Source: an archaeon (GTDB lineage Archaea; Asgardarchaeota; Thorarchaeia; Thorarchaeales; Thorarchaeaceae). From it: a DNA stretch of 32,000 nt. Under the pieces are notes generated by a model, which did not search any database, had not been told where the DNA came from, and saw nothing but the letters and a program-made list of their open reading frames with translations. Location: contig JAJRZD010000042.1 of NCBI GenBank assembly GCA_024275415.1, positions 1 to 32,000 on the forward strand, written 5' to 3'. Each line of letters starts with the position of its first letter. Within the stretch, counting starts at the first letter, position 1. Made by a program: the position numbers and the translations under genes. This document shows positions 8,334 to 16,847 of this stretch, piece by piece.

Positions 8334-9673
8334 CTCAGCTTGTGTTCGTCCTAGGGAAGAATTGGCTTCTTTCCATGGCAGAAGTGATAGTGTATTTGGA
8401 AGATGAAAGACTTCTCAAATCACTGGTTGATTATTCAAAGACAGCTGCAGTCATCTCGACAACTAGGCCTGTCACTGATGAGGACATCATCGATATCCAG
8501 AGCGCACTAGGAGGGTGCTACAAGATTGGACGCCATATTGTAAGCTATGATAGTGGAGTGCTTGAGAAAGCGTATCCAATCAGAGGAACACACTCGAAGA
8601 AAGACAGAGAAGTCATTTCAAAATGCGAGTGGTTGAGTACAGTATGGCTAACTCCTAGGGCTAAGAGGATCAAGTACGCAGTATCCACGTACCCAATTGA
8701 AGAGGGAGAGTCAAAGGTAGATCTAAGACGGTTCACACGAGGGATGAATGAATCGATCAAGACCAAACTAATCAAGGAGAATGCACGAAAGGTAGACTAC
8801 CTGATGTATGAGGAACCTGATAGGAGAAAACCAGAGCGTTCAAACACGGCACTGTGGCCCCAGACCATCGCACGCCACAACCTTCTGAAATTCCCAAATG
8901 CAGAGATACTGGCAGTATTGACTGACTCAAAGGTGCATCTTGCAAAGACCGTCACGGTGTACGACTCTATGCTACAGCAATATCGAGACGAGTCACGTCC
9001 ACATATTTCCTCAGAAATAAGTACCAGTCCAAAGATTTGCAGGACGCTGCTGACCCTTTCAGGAGCGAGACCTGGGAGTGTTGTTCTGGATCCCTTCTGT
9101 GGAACTGGCACTCTACTCATGGAGGCTGCTTTACAAGAGATGAGATGTATTGGGATCGATATAGACAGGCATGCTACCGAAGGCGCGAAAGCCAATTTGA
9201 GATGGTTGGGAAAAGAACTGGGTTCGCAACTGGATTTCGTCCTCATTTCAGGAGATGCCAGGGATGCAGACAAACTAGTCAATAGACAAGTGGACGCAAT
9301 TGCTTTCGAGCCTCATTTGGGACCAGTATTCAAGGAGAAGCCCGAGCTGGAAGAAACAGAGCAACTCATTGACGACCTGACAATCCTCTACCGGGATGCA
9401 TTGAAGTCGTTGACAAAGATATTGCGTCCAGAAGGAAGGATTGCAATGACGGTTCCCGTGGTACGTGCCAAAGGCAGGGAGGTCAGCATCGATTTCAACA
9501 AGATGCTAAGACGGACTGGACTGCAACTCTATCGGTTCCTTCCAAGTCATATCATCGATGGAGCATCACGCCGGGTAAAATCAGTCCGCATTAATCCCAA
9601 TAGAGGTGCACTCCCGGAAAGGAAACAGGGACAAATCGTACAACGGATGGTCATCATGCTTGGCAGAGGCTAG
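8330..9673 (+). CDS. Trm11/TrmG10-like SAM-dependent RNA methyltransferase
   Basis: TSPKICRTLL, VLDPFCGTGTLLMEA, GIDID, GDARD, EPHLGP; long N-terminal region where a THUMP-like domain is expected. 4-bp overlap with nfo. Confidence 0.8.
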   Translation: MTQLVFVLGKNWLLSMAEVIVYLEDERLLKSLVDYSKTAAVISTTRPVTDEDIIDIQSALGGCYKIGRHIVSYDSGVLEKAYPIRGTHSKKDREVISKCEWLSTVWLTPRAKRIKYAVSTYPIEEGESKVDLRRFTRGMNESIKTKLIKENARKVDYLMYEEPDRRKPERSNTALWPQTIARHNLLKFPNAEILAVLTDSKVHLAKTVTVYDSMLQQYRDESRPHISSEISTSPKICRTLLTLSGARPGSVVLDPFCGTGTLLMEAALQEMRCIGIDIDRHATEGAKANLRWLGKELGSQLDFVLISGDARDADKLVNRQVDAIAFEPHLGPVFKEKPELEETEQLIDDLTILYRDALKSLTKILRPEGRIAMTVPVVRAKGREVSIDFNKMLRRTGLQLYRFLPSHIIDGASRRVKSVRINPNRGALPERKQGQIVQRMVIMLGRG

Positions 9674-10503
9674 AAGAGATATCGTATCACATCATCAAGG
9701 ATAGCGTAAGTCTCTAGACGGTCAAGGTCACGCTTCACATATGTCATTGCCTTGTCAAAGACCATGTTTCGAAAGGCAGTCTTACCTGCAACTTCCTTGG
9801 TCGCTTTGGCTATGACACTCAGGAGTTTTTCCAAGGCCCCTCGCAACTTGTTGTAATTTGTATTGTAGACATCGATCCCCAGAATCTCGACCCCATTATT
9901 GTCAATTACCACATCTCGAAGGAAGGAATACGACTCGATAACTGGCCGAGCGAGTTCATTGATTCTAGTCATGAGGTCCTTCTTTGCCTTTTTATCCAGT
10001 TCAATACTCAGAATGGCCCGAAAGAGATGGCTATAGACCTCCAGACAGTCCATGCTCTTCCCAGCAACAAGTGCTTCATCTGTTTCTTCGAACTGACTGA
10101 CGAGTTCATCAATGAAGTTGCCAAAGTGACTGAATGTCTGTGGATTCCCAGTCCACCCGCTCAGAATCTCGTCAATGGTCTTTCCATCTGGCACTTCGTT
10201 CCGCATGAACTCGTTCAGTGCATATTCTAAGATGAACCGCATATGCCCAATGCGAGCAGCCTTAGACACCACCATGACAAAGAGGAGATGGTCATTTGCT
10301 TGCCAGACGTAGCGGCTGTTTTCAGTATCGATGATCCGTAAGTTCTCGTGTGACGCCTTGTCGATGAATGTATGCGTTGCAGAAAGAAAAGGGGCGATTA
10401 AATCCATATCAATCTCAATTCCACTGTATGCTCGTGATACAATATTTCGACCTGTGACCCGTTCGATGACCCATACCCCATGAATCAGTCGTTTAGCAGA
10501 CAT
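9670..10503 (-). CDS. Longin/roadblock-like N-terminal domain protein with uncharacterised helical C-terminus
   Basis: IHGVWVIERVTGRNIVSRAY...DMDLIAPFLSATHTF...LRIIDTENSRYVW...LLFVMVV fits the Asgard longin-like pattern. Start moved to ATG 10503. Confidence 0.65.
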   Translation of the reverse strand: MSAKRLIHGVWVIERVTGRNIVSRAYSGIEIDMDLIAPFLSATHTFIDKASHENLRIIDTENSRYVWQANDHLLFVMVVSKAARIGHMRFILEYALNEFMRNEVPDGKTIDEILSGWTGNPQTFSHFGNFIDELVSQFEETDEALVAGKSMDCLEVYSHLFRAILSIELDKKAKKDLMTRINELARPVIESYSFLRDVVIDNNGVEILGIDVYNTNYNKLRGALEKLLSVIAKATKEVAGKTAFRNMVFDKAMTYVKRDLDRLETYAILDDVIRYLF

Positions 10504-10588
10504 AAATCGCTCAATCCAAGAAAGGACGTACATTTGATAAGATTATGTATGATTTCTATCCTATTTCTAAGAGGCATGAAAGACAAGG

Positions 10589-10614
10589 AAGATGGGGAAG
10601 TGCATCCCCATCTT
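10589..10614 (-). terminator. Perfect 10-bp stem-loop downstream of tfb
   Basis: AAGATGGGGA-N6-TCCCCATCTT; followed on the minus strand by pyrimidine-rich CCTTGTCTTTC. Confidence 0.6.
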
Positions 10615-10638
10615 TATGCATTGGTAGGTTCACAGCCG

Positions 10639-11601
10639 TCACGCGGTTGATATGTGAAGCTTGCTCACCATTTCTTTGTAGCGGTTGCGTACCGTTACTT
10701 CCGTTACCCTTGCAGTTCGAGCAATCTCAAGCTGGGTTCGTCGGGCCCCTGTCAGAATGCTTGCAACATATATCGCTGCTGCAGCCATTCCCTTGGGATC
10801 CTTCCCTATCGTGAGTCTCTCTTCTTTCGCCAATTGCAATATCTCAATGGCCTTCGCCTTTGCTGCTCCAGGAATTCCCAATTCAGTGCCAAACCTATGG
10901 ATAAAATCAATAGGAGAGGAATGGGGAATTTTCAGGTTCAGATATCGAAGAATGAGGCGCACACACAAACTCAACTCCTTGCGAGTGATGTGTATTTGCT
11001 CAACAATCTCTTCAAGTGGGCGAGGAACCTGATGTACCCTACAGGCTAGATAGAGTGATGCCGCTATCATACCAAGAATGGTACGACCACGAGTAAGACG
11101 TTTCCGAAGAGCCTTTCTGTAGATGACTGCAGAGGTTTCTCGAATTGAGTAGGGAATACTCAATTGAGAGCTTATCCTGTGCAGCTCGGTCATTGCGACT
11201 GCTAGGTTACGCTTGTCAGAAGAGTGAACCTTGGTGCGTATCTGCCATTTACGTAGTCTGTGAATTTGTGCTCTTCGAGTGGAGCTGAGTTTCCTTCCTG
11301 CAGCATCGACGTTCTGTCTGCCAATGATTGTAGTAAGTCCTTGGTCGAACTTGCTCCAATCGGCGGGGCCTCCTACACGCTGACGAGAATTCTGCTCATC
11401 AGCAGTGAAAGCACGCCATTCTGGGCCCATATCAATGGACCTGTCAGATAGAACTAAGCCGCAGTTGGAACAGATCACCTCCCCTCTTGTGTGATCAATG
11501 TGTATTGTTTTTGAAGAACACGCAGAGCAAACATAACTGGCAACACCGGGGGACTCATTCTGTTTCTTGGATTTCACTTGCTTACTGGCCAGTCCGATCA
11601 T
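10639..11601 (-). CDS. tfb: Transcription initiation factor IIB (TFB)
   Basis: Zn ribbon CSAC...GEVICSNCGLV, B-reader PEWRAF, RLRKWQ, two cyclin repeats, C-terminal RTQLEIA...VTEVTVRNRYKE. Confidence 0.97.
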   Translation of the reverse strand: MIGLASKQVKSKKQNESPGVASYVCSACSSKTIHIDHTRGEVICSNCGLVLSDRSIDMGPEWRAFTADEQNSRQRVGGPADWSKFDQGLTTIIGRQNVDAAGRKLSSTRRAQIHRLRKWQIRTKVHSSDKRNLAVAMTELHRISSQLSIPYSIRETSAVIYRKALRKRLTRGRTILGMIAASLYLACRVHQVPRPLEEIVEQIHITRKELSLCVRLILRYLNLKIPHSSPIDFIHRFGTELGIPGAAKAKAIEILQLAKEERLTIGKDPKGMAAAAIYVASILTGARRTQLEIARTARVTEVTVRNRYKEMVSKLHISTA

Positions 11602-11719
11602 CTCCCTGCATCTCTACCGAGGGAACGTAGAGTTGCTGTTCGAAGGTTAGTTGTACCGATGATGCCTCGTTCATGGCGCTGAACGAAACGTTCGAGTGGG
11701 GGCACGTATTACGGGCAAA

Positions 11720-11733
11720 TTCTCAAATGAGAA
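11720..11733. promoter_or_regulatory. Palindrome TTCTCA-AA-TGAGAA near the predicted tfb transcription start
   Basis: Read directly; about 20-30 nt downstream, on the minus strand, of TATA-like TTATGTATATTT (11762-11752). Confidence 0.35.
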
Positions 11734-11784
11734 CTGTATTCGTCACGCATCAAATATACATAAGGCTTTGCACCGAAGGCGAGA

Positions 11785-11792
11785 TTTATATG
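11785..11792 (+). promoter_or_regulatory. TATA box TTTATATG, probably for argS (long leader)
   Basis: Canonical TATA preceded by purine-rich CGAAGGCGAGA; about 220 nt upstream of argS. Confidence 0.4.
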
Positions 11793-12010
11793 CGTAGATG
11801 TTTCAGCAAATCGCCGTCTTAACATTGTTATTTTTCGGAGTATAATTAGTGTTTAATATGCCTTTTTTGACTTCATTTAGGTACAGATGAAGGAAACAGA
11901 ACAATTCTATTTGACAAGATGTTAATGACCAGTTTGATACAACACACAACGTATCGTTTATGAAGAGAAGAGGAACCATTCTGTTAGGTCTTGCCATGAA
12001 TTGGTGAGTT

Positions 12011-13927
12011 GTGATTATGAAACAGGATAGCTTAGGAAACCCATGGAAGGTATTCTATGAGGAAGTGGTACGTCTTCTAGCAGACACTGCATCAGTGGAA
12101 ATTGCAACCATAAAACGATTCATAGAGGTCCCTCCGGATCCAAAGCTCGGAGACATTGCGTGTACCATCGCATTCCATTTGGCAAAGGAACAAAAGATGA
12201 AGCCGTTTCCTATCGCTGAGGAAATCGTTTCTAAACTTCGAGAGAGTATCAAAGACAACCCGTTGATAGATAGGGTCGAGTCGAAGGGCCCGTACATCAA
12301 CCTCTTCTTCAATCGTACGGAGTATGTTTCCCGAACCGTGCATGAAGTTATTCAAACCAATGACAGATATGGACTCACGGATGAGTACAAGGGAAAGCGG
12401 GCGCTGATAGAATTTCCAGCGGTCAACCCATCAAAACCTTGGCATATTGGACACACGAGAAATGCTGTCTTGGGGGACACCTTATGCAATGTGTTGCAGG
12501 CAACCGGATGGGAAGTCATCAAGCTAGACTACATCAACGACCTTGGTTTACAGATTGCCCAGCTAACTTGGAAGCTCATGCAGATGGGCGAGGAAGAAGT
12601 AGAGGATAAATACGACCATTATCTTGGACACCTGTATGTGGATGTCCAAACGGCATTCGAGAAGGACGAGAAAGTCAAAGCGGAGATCAGAGAGGTCGCT
12701 CGTAAGCTCGAAGACCTAGATTCAGACGAATCAAGAACCAGCATCAAGATGGTAACTGCTTGTGTGAAGGCTCAGTATCAGACAGCATACAGATTGGGAA
12801 TCTTTCACGACTATCAGGTGTGGGAGAGTGCGATTGCTCATAGTGGATTGCTTGATGCTGCTAAGAAAATAATGCTCAGGGCGGAGAATATCATAAAACT
12901 CGAAGAAGGCGAAAAAGCTGGGTGCATCGTTGCACGACTGGATATGCTGGACGAGTTCAAAGACATGCAAGACCCCTACAAGGTACTTTTCCGATCTGAC
13001 GGCACAAGGACATATACTGGGGCGGATGTTGCTTTGCAGATGTGGAAGTTCGGCATCCTAGACGACCCGTTCAAGTATCAGTTCTTCGAGACCCAGCCTA
13101 ATGGAAAGGACATATTCAGAACCTCATTGAGTGGGGAGGATAGAAACCTTGGAAAATTCGATGCAGTGTTCAATGTGATTGGTGCGCCACAGGCACATCC
13201 TCAGCGACTCATCTATGTAATTCTGGGGCTATTAGGATACAAGGAACAGAGCGAGAACTCCCACCACATTTCGTATGAATTCGTGGGACTTGAAGATGTC
13301 GGGTTCTCTGGAAGGAAGGGGACATGGATAGGCTATTCGTCTGATGTGGTTATTGATCGAGCGAAAGAGCTGGCAAGGGAAGAGGTTGACAAAAGGAATC
13401 CAGACGAGAGTGAAACATTCAGGGATTCGGTCGCAGAAAAAATCGCAACTGGGGCAGTCCGATATTTCCTTCTTAATGCATCCCCAGATAGGAAAATCAC
13501 GTTCAGATGGAAAGAAGCACTTGACTTCAATGGCGACGCAGCGCCGTACTTGCAGTACTCACATGCTAGAGCAACAAGAATTCTTGAGAAAGTAAGTAAG
13601 AATTGCCAGACTGATGTGGACATGACGTTACTCACCCATGAGGCGGAATTCGCCCTTTCCAAGGCCATTGCCAGATTTCCTGAAGAGATACTTGAAACGG
13701 TACGAGGGTTGCAAAAAAGTACATGGGGAACCGGCTTTCAATCCAACAAGCTAACATCATATTGTTACAATCTTGCCACTTTGTTCAGCAAGTTCTACGA
13801 CACATGTCCTGTCCTGAAAGCTGATAATGAATTGAAATCTGCACGGATTGAGCTAGTACGTGCATTCAAGATCACCATTGCCAACTGCCTGAAATTGCTT
13901 GGGATTCCAGTGGTCGAACGGATGTAA
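12011..13927 (+). CDS. argS: Arginine--tRNA ligase
   Basis: EFPAVNPSKPWHIGHTRN (HIGH), DYINDLGLQ, FSGRKG (KMSKS equivalent), GDAAPYLQYSHAR, DALR anticodon domain. Start GTG 12011 or ATG 12017. Confidence 0.97.
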   Translation: MIMKQDSLGNPWKVFYEEVVRLLADTASVEIATIKRFIEVPPDPKLGDIACTIAFHLAKEQKMKPFPIAEEIVSKLRESIKDNPLIDRVESKGPYINLFFNRTEYVSRTVHEVIQTNDRYGLTDEYKGKRALIEFPAVNPSKPWHIGHTRNAVLGDTLCNVLQATGWEVIKLDYINDLGLQIAQLTWKLMQMGEEEVEDKYDHYLGHLYVDVQTAFEKDEKVKAEIREVARKLEDLDSDESRTSIKMVTACVKAQYQTAYRLGIFHDYQVWESAIAHSGLLDAAKKIMLRAENIIKLEEGEKAGCIVARLDMLDEFKDMQDPYKVLFRSDGTRTYTGADVALQMWKFGILDDPFKYQFFETQPNGKDIFRTSLSGEDRNLGKFDAVFNVIGAPQAHPQRLIYVILGLLGYKEQSENSHHISYEFVGLEDVGFSGRKGTWIGYSSDVVIDRAKELAREEVDKRNPDESETFRDSVAEKIATGAVRYFLLNASPDRKITFRWKEALDFNGDAAPYLQYSHARATRILEKVSKNCQTDVDMTLLTHEAEFALSKAIARFPEEILETVRGLQKSTWGTGFQSNKLTSYCYNLATLFSKFYDTCPVLKADNELKSARIELVRAFKITIANCLKLLGIPVVERM

Positions 13928-13964
13928 CAATACTCTTGCAATGGCTGATGAATGAACTGCAATT

Positions 13965-15302
13965 TCATCCTGAAGTGACTTTGACTTCATCTAGTACCAA
14001 CGAGGGTGTGATGATGGAGGAATCTTTGCGAACATCATTTCCAACCCTGCTGACTTTCATGAGGAGTTCTCTCATGTTTATTCCAAACAGGGTGTTCTTC
14101 AAAGGATGGACTAGTTCTCCTCGCTCGATGTAGAAGCCCTCTGTAATCGTAGCACTTAGGTCGCCAGTAGTCATGTTGGGACTGTCCCCGGTATTGATGC
14201 AGAGAACTCCCTTATCTACCTCGGATATAAGGTCATCTAGGCTCCCCGACCCTGGTTGGATGATAAAGTTTGATGAAGATATTGATGGTATCCCTGCGTA
14301 GGAGGGACGGCTCGCACTACCCGTATTCGGAACATCATCCTTGAAGGCAGTATATGAATTGTGCAACAATGACTTCAAAACGCCCCGGTCAAGTACCAAC
14401 GTTCGCTGTGTTGGGAAGCCCTCACCATCATAAGGACCGGAGCCGAGTCCTCCCTTTAATAGGGCATCATCGATGATTGAGAGAGATTCCGAGGCAATTT
14501 GATGTCCTAGACAGTCCGAAATATAGGATCGACCGTATTGTACTTCTTCCGCATCTACAGCACCAGCAAACCCTCCTCCGAGAATGATACGTGCTGCAAG
14601 GGGAGCTAATATGACCGGAAGTGTTCCGCCTTCAATGGTCTTCCCTCCAAGATTACGGACTGCTTTCTTCGAAGCTGTAGAACCAACCCATTCGGGATCA
14701 AGGTCTCGTAGATTCCGAGTAGATTGGTATTCGAAGCTCGACGTTCGGGCATCATCGTTTCGGATTAGTGAAGAAGAGGATATCATTACAGATGCGAGAG
14801 AGATAGTCCGAGATATTCCTAGCGAGTTGGCGATGGCAAAGGTTCCTGCGGAAGCAGCCAGTCGTGCCTCGACAGATACCTCATACTGCCCAACTTCCTG
14901 TAAAGAAGCGTCCACCGTTCTGATAATCAGCTCGGCTGCATCTTCCGGTTGTAACCGGGGTATTTCAGGATCAAATAGTCCTTGGACATCTGGATAACGT
15001 CCTTCATAAGATGGTAGGCTCACAAAATCAGGATCGGGTATTGATGCCTTGGCAATCTTGACAGATTTTGTAATTGCCTCAAGATAGTCAGATTCCTGTA
15101 TCGTTGTCACAAAAGCAAAACCGATTTTTTTTCCAACCACTGAGCGGATGCCAACACCAGCATCACGAATATCCTCGGCGGTCTTGATTGAGTTATTTTC
15201 TACATCTATAGAGAAAGACTTGGTTGATGATACAAACACCTCTGCCTGATGAGCCCCAGACTCCAGTGCCTTGCTTACTGCTTTCTCAGCTATGTCCAAC
15301 AC
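13965..15302 (-). CDS. pmbA: TldE/PmbA, non-catalytic subunit
   Basis: GAHQAEVF, GVGIR, PYDGEG-x-PT, LHNSYTA, TG-x-A-x-R, TGDLS; no HExxxH. Start moved to GTG 15302, just after the tldD stop. Confidence 0.9.
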   Translation of the reverse strand: MLDIAEKAVSKALESGAHQAEVFVSSTKSFSIDVENNSIKTAEDIRDAGVGIRSVVGKKIGFAFVTTIQESDYLEAITKSVKIAKASIPDPDFVSLPSYEGRYPDVQGLFDPEIPRLQPEDAAELIIRTVDASLQEVGQYEVSVEARLAASAGTFAIANSLGISRTISLASVMISSSSLIRNDDARTSSFEYQSTRNLRDLDPEWVGSTASKKAVRNLGGKTIEGGTLPVILAPLAARIILGGGFAGAVDAEEVQYGRSYISDCLGHQIASESLSIIDDALLKGGLGSGPYDGEGFPTQRTLVLDRGVLKSLLHNSYTAFKDDVPNTGSASRPSYAGIPSISSSNFIIQPGSGSLDDLISEVDKGVLCINTGDSPNMTTGDLSATITEGFYIERGELVHPLKNTLFGINMRELLMKVSRVGNDVRKDSSIITPSLVLDEVKVTSG

Positions 15303-15312
15303 TATATTCAGT

Positions 15313-16698
15313 CTACACACCTCCAACAGGGACAGATCGTATTCGTACATGGGGACCACCTGTCGTATCAGGCACCGTCTGGCCAAACTTCCCACATGTG
15401 CCCGCTTCGAGTTCAATGTCCTTGGCAACGGCATCGATTTTAGACAAGATGTCCAATATCTGATTTGCAACGGATACATCGCGAACTAGTTGTCCAAGTT
15501 CACCATTGGTGATTAGGTAACCATGATCTGCTTGGAACACAAATTGCCCTTTAGAGGGATTAGTATAGCCGTAGTTGACACCACATAACAGTAGACCAGA
15601 AGCAGTATCTTCTATCAGTTCTACACTACTCCAGTCCCCAGGTTCCATGAAGGTATTGCTCATCCTAGGAATTGGAATGTCCATGTAAGATTGTGCCCTT
15701 GCAGAGCCATTAGGATGCATCCCAAGCCGACTGGATGTTTCGAGACTATGAAGCAGCTCTTCCAGTCGCCCTTCCTGCACCAACGAGTGTTTCGATGCCT
15801 TGGTTCCCTCCCAGTCATACTCAAACGACCCGCGCAGGTGCGGAAGGGTTGGGTCATCGGTGATAGAAAGGTACTCAGGGCCAACTATTTTGCCAACCTT
15901 GTCCTCAAGCACAGTAGAATGAGCAAGCCAATTGTCGGCTTCACATGCATGGCCGAATGCTTCGTGAGTCATTACACCGTTGAGGGCAGGGTCAAGTATG
16001 ACATCAAAGACGCCCCCCTCGACGGCCTTGCTGTCAAGTAATCGTATTGCGTGCTCTGCTGCGGAAATGCCAATATTCAACGAATCCTCTCGCTGGAACA
16101 CCTCGAACCCACCACGCATGCTAACTGATTTGAATCCACTTTGTCGATTAGTCCCATCCTTAGAGGTGGGAGTGGAAATGATGCGAGGGAGAGAATTCTC
16201 GACATAGACACTGGTTCCGAGTGAGTTTGCGATAAAAAGTTCGACCCACCTCTCGCCATATAACGTATGGGTGTTGACTATGCGAGGATCATAATCTCTT
16301 GCTTGGTCATCAATTGCCTTCACATACTTGACCTTGTCCTCGAAGCTGATGTCATGAAAATGTGTCTTTGGCCGGAACTCCGACTTTCCAGAAAAGGATG
16401 GACCTTCGATCTCAAATCGCTCCGAAGTCTTGGAACGTGTCGCCAGCGCCAGTCTTGCCACAGATATTCCTATTTCCCTCATCGCGTCAGGGGACAAGTC
16501 TGTGGTCTGAGCAAATGCCCAAGCACCATCTATGAATGCACGGATACCTGCACCCTTCGACCTCGATGCAATGGAACCCTTGGAAACCCCATTGGTTATT
16601 TCAATCACCGTGGTTGTGGTGTTCACGATACGGATGTCCGCAAATGAAACGCCAGTGTTTAGTGCTGATTCTATAGCAAGTCGAGCAAGATGTTCCAT
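15313..16698 (-). CDS. tldD: TldD metalloprotease
   Basis: FADIR, THEAFGHACEAD (HExxGH), YDWEGT, NGSARAQSY, PIPRMSNT, CGK-x-GQ-x-VP-x3-GGPH. Start moved to ATG 16698. Confidence 0.93.
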   Translation of the reverse strand: MEHLARLAIESALNTGVSFADIRIVNTTTTVIEITNGVSKGSIASRSKGAGIRAFIDGAWAFAQTTDLSPDAMREIGISVARLALATRSKTSERFEIEGPSFSGKSEFRPKTHFHDISFEDKVKYVKAIDDQARDYDPRIVNTHTLYGERWVELFIANSLGTSVYVENSLPRIISTPTSKDGTNRQSGFKSVSMRGGFEVFQREDSLNIGISAAEHAIRLLDSKAVEGGVFDVILDPALNGVMTHEAFGHACEADNWLAHSTVLEDKVGKIVGPEYLSITDDPTLPHLRGSFEYDWEGTKASKHSLVQEGRLEELLHSLETSSRLGMHPNGSARAQSYMDIPIPRMSNTFMEPGDWSSVELIEDTASGLLLCGVNYGYTNPSKGQFVFQADHGYLITNGELGQLVRDVSVANQILDILSKIDAVAKDIELEAGTCGKFGQTVPDTTGGPHVRIRSVPVGGV

Positions 16699-16714
16699 GT
16701 TTATCGCCCATTGA

Positions 16715-16790
16715 TATGACCGCATCGGCAGTTAGGATTATAATTTCTCTTACGACCGCATATTGTTACGACCATATGTGTTCGACGTAA
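16715..16790. repeat. Short direct repeats TTACGACCGCATAT (16750-16763), TTACGACCATAT (16766-16777) and TATGACCGCAT (16715-16725) in the tldD / steadiness-box gene divergent promoter
   Basis: Read directly; an inverted CGTAA also occurs at 16786-16790. Confidence 0.5.
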
Positions 16791-16847
16791 TACACACGTT
16801 ATTCTTAGCTATTTCCGTGATATGACTAGATTATTGGAGGCACTCGA

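Noticed and set aside
11803-11997. 64-aa minus-strand ORF in the tfb-argS gap
   Set aside because: AT-rich promoter-like DNA, no clear RBS or motif; it starts within the argS leader.
13965-15479. Long N-terminal extension of TldE (also the track starts for hypB, aspS and 27441-27893)
   Set aside because: The extensions overlap upstream genes or promoters; downstream starts with better context fit family lengths.
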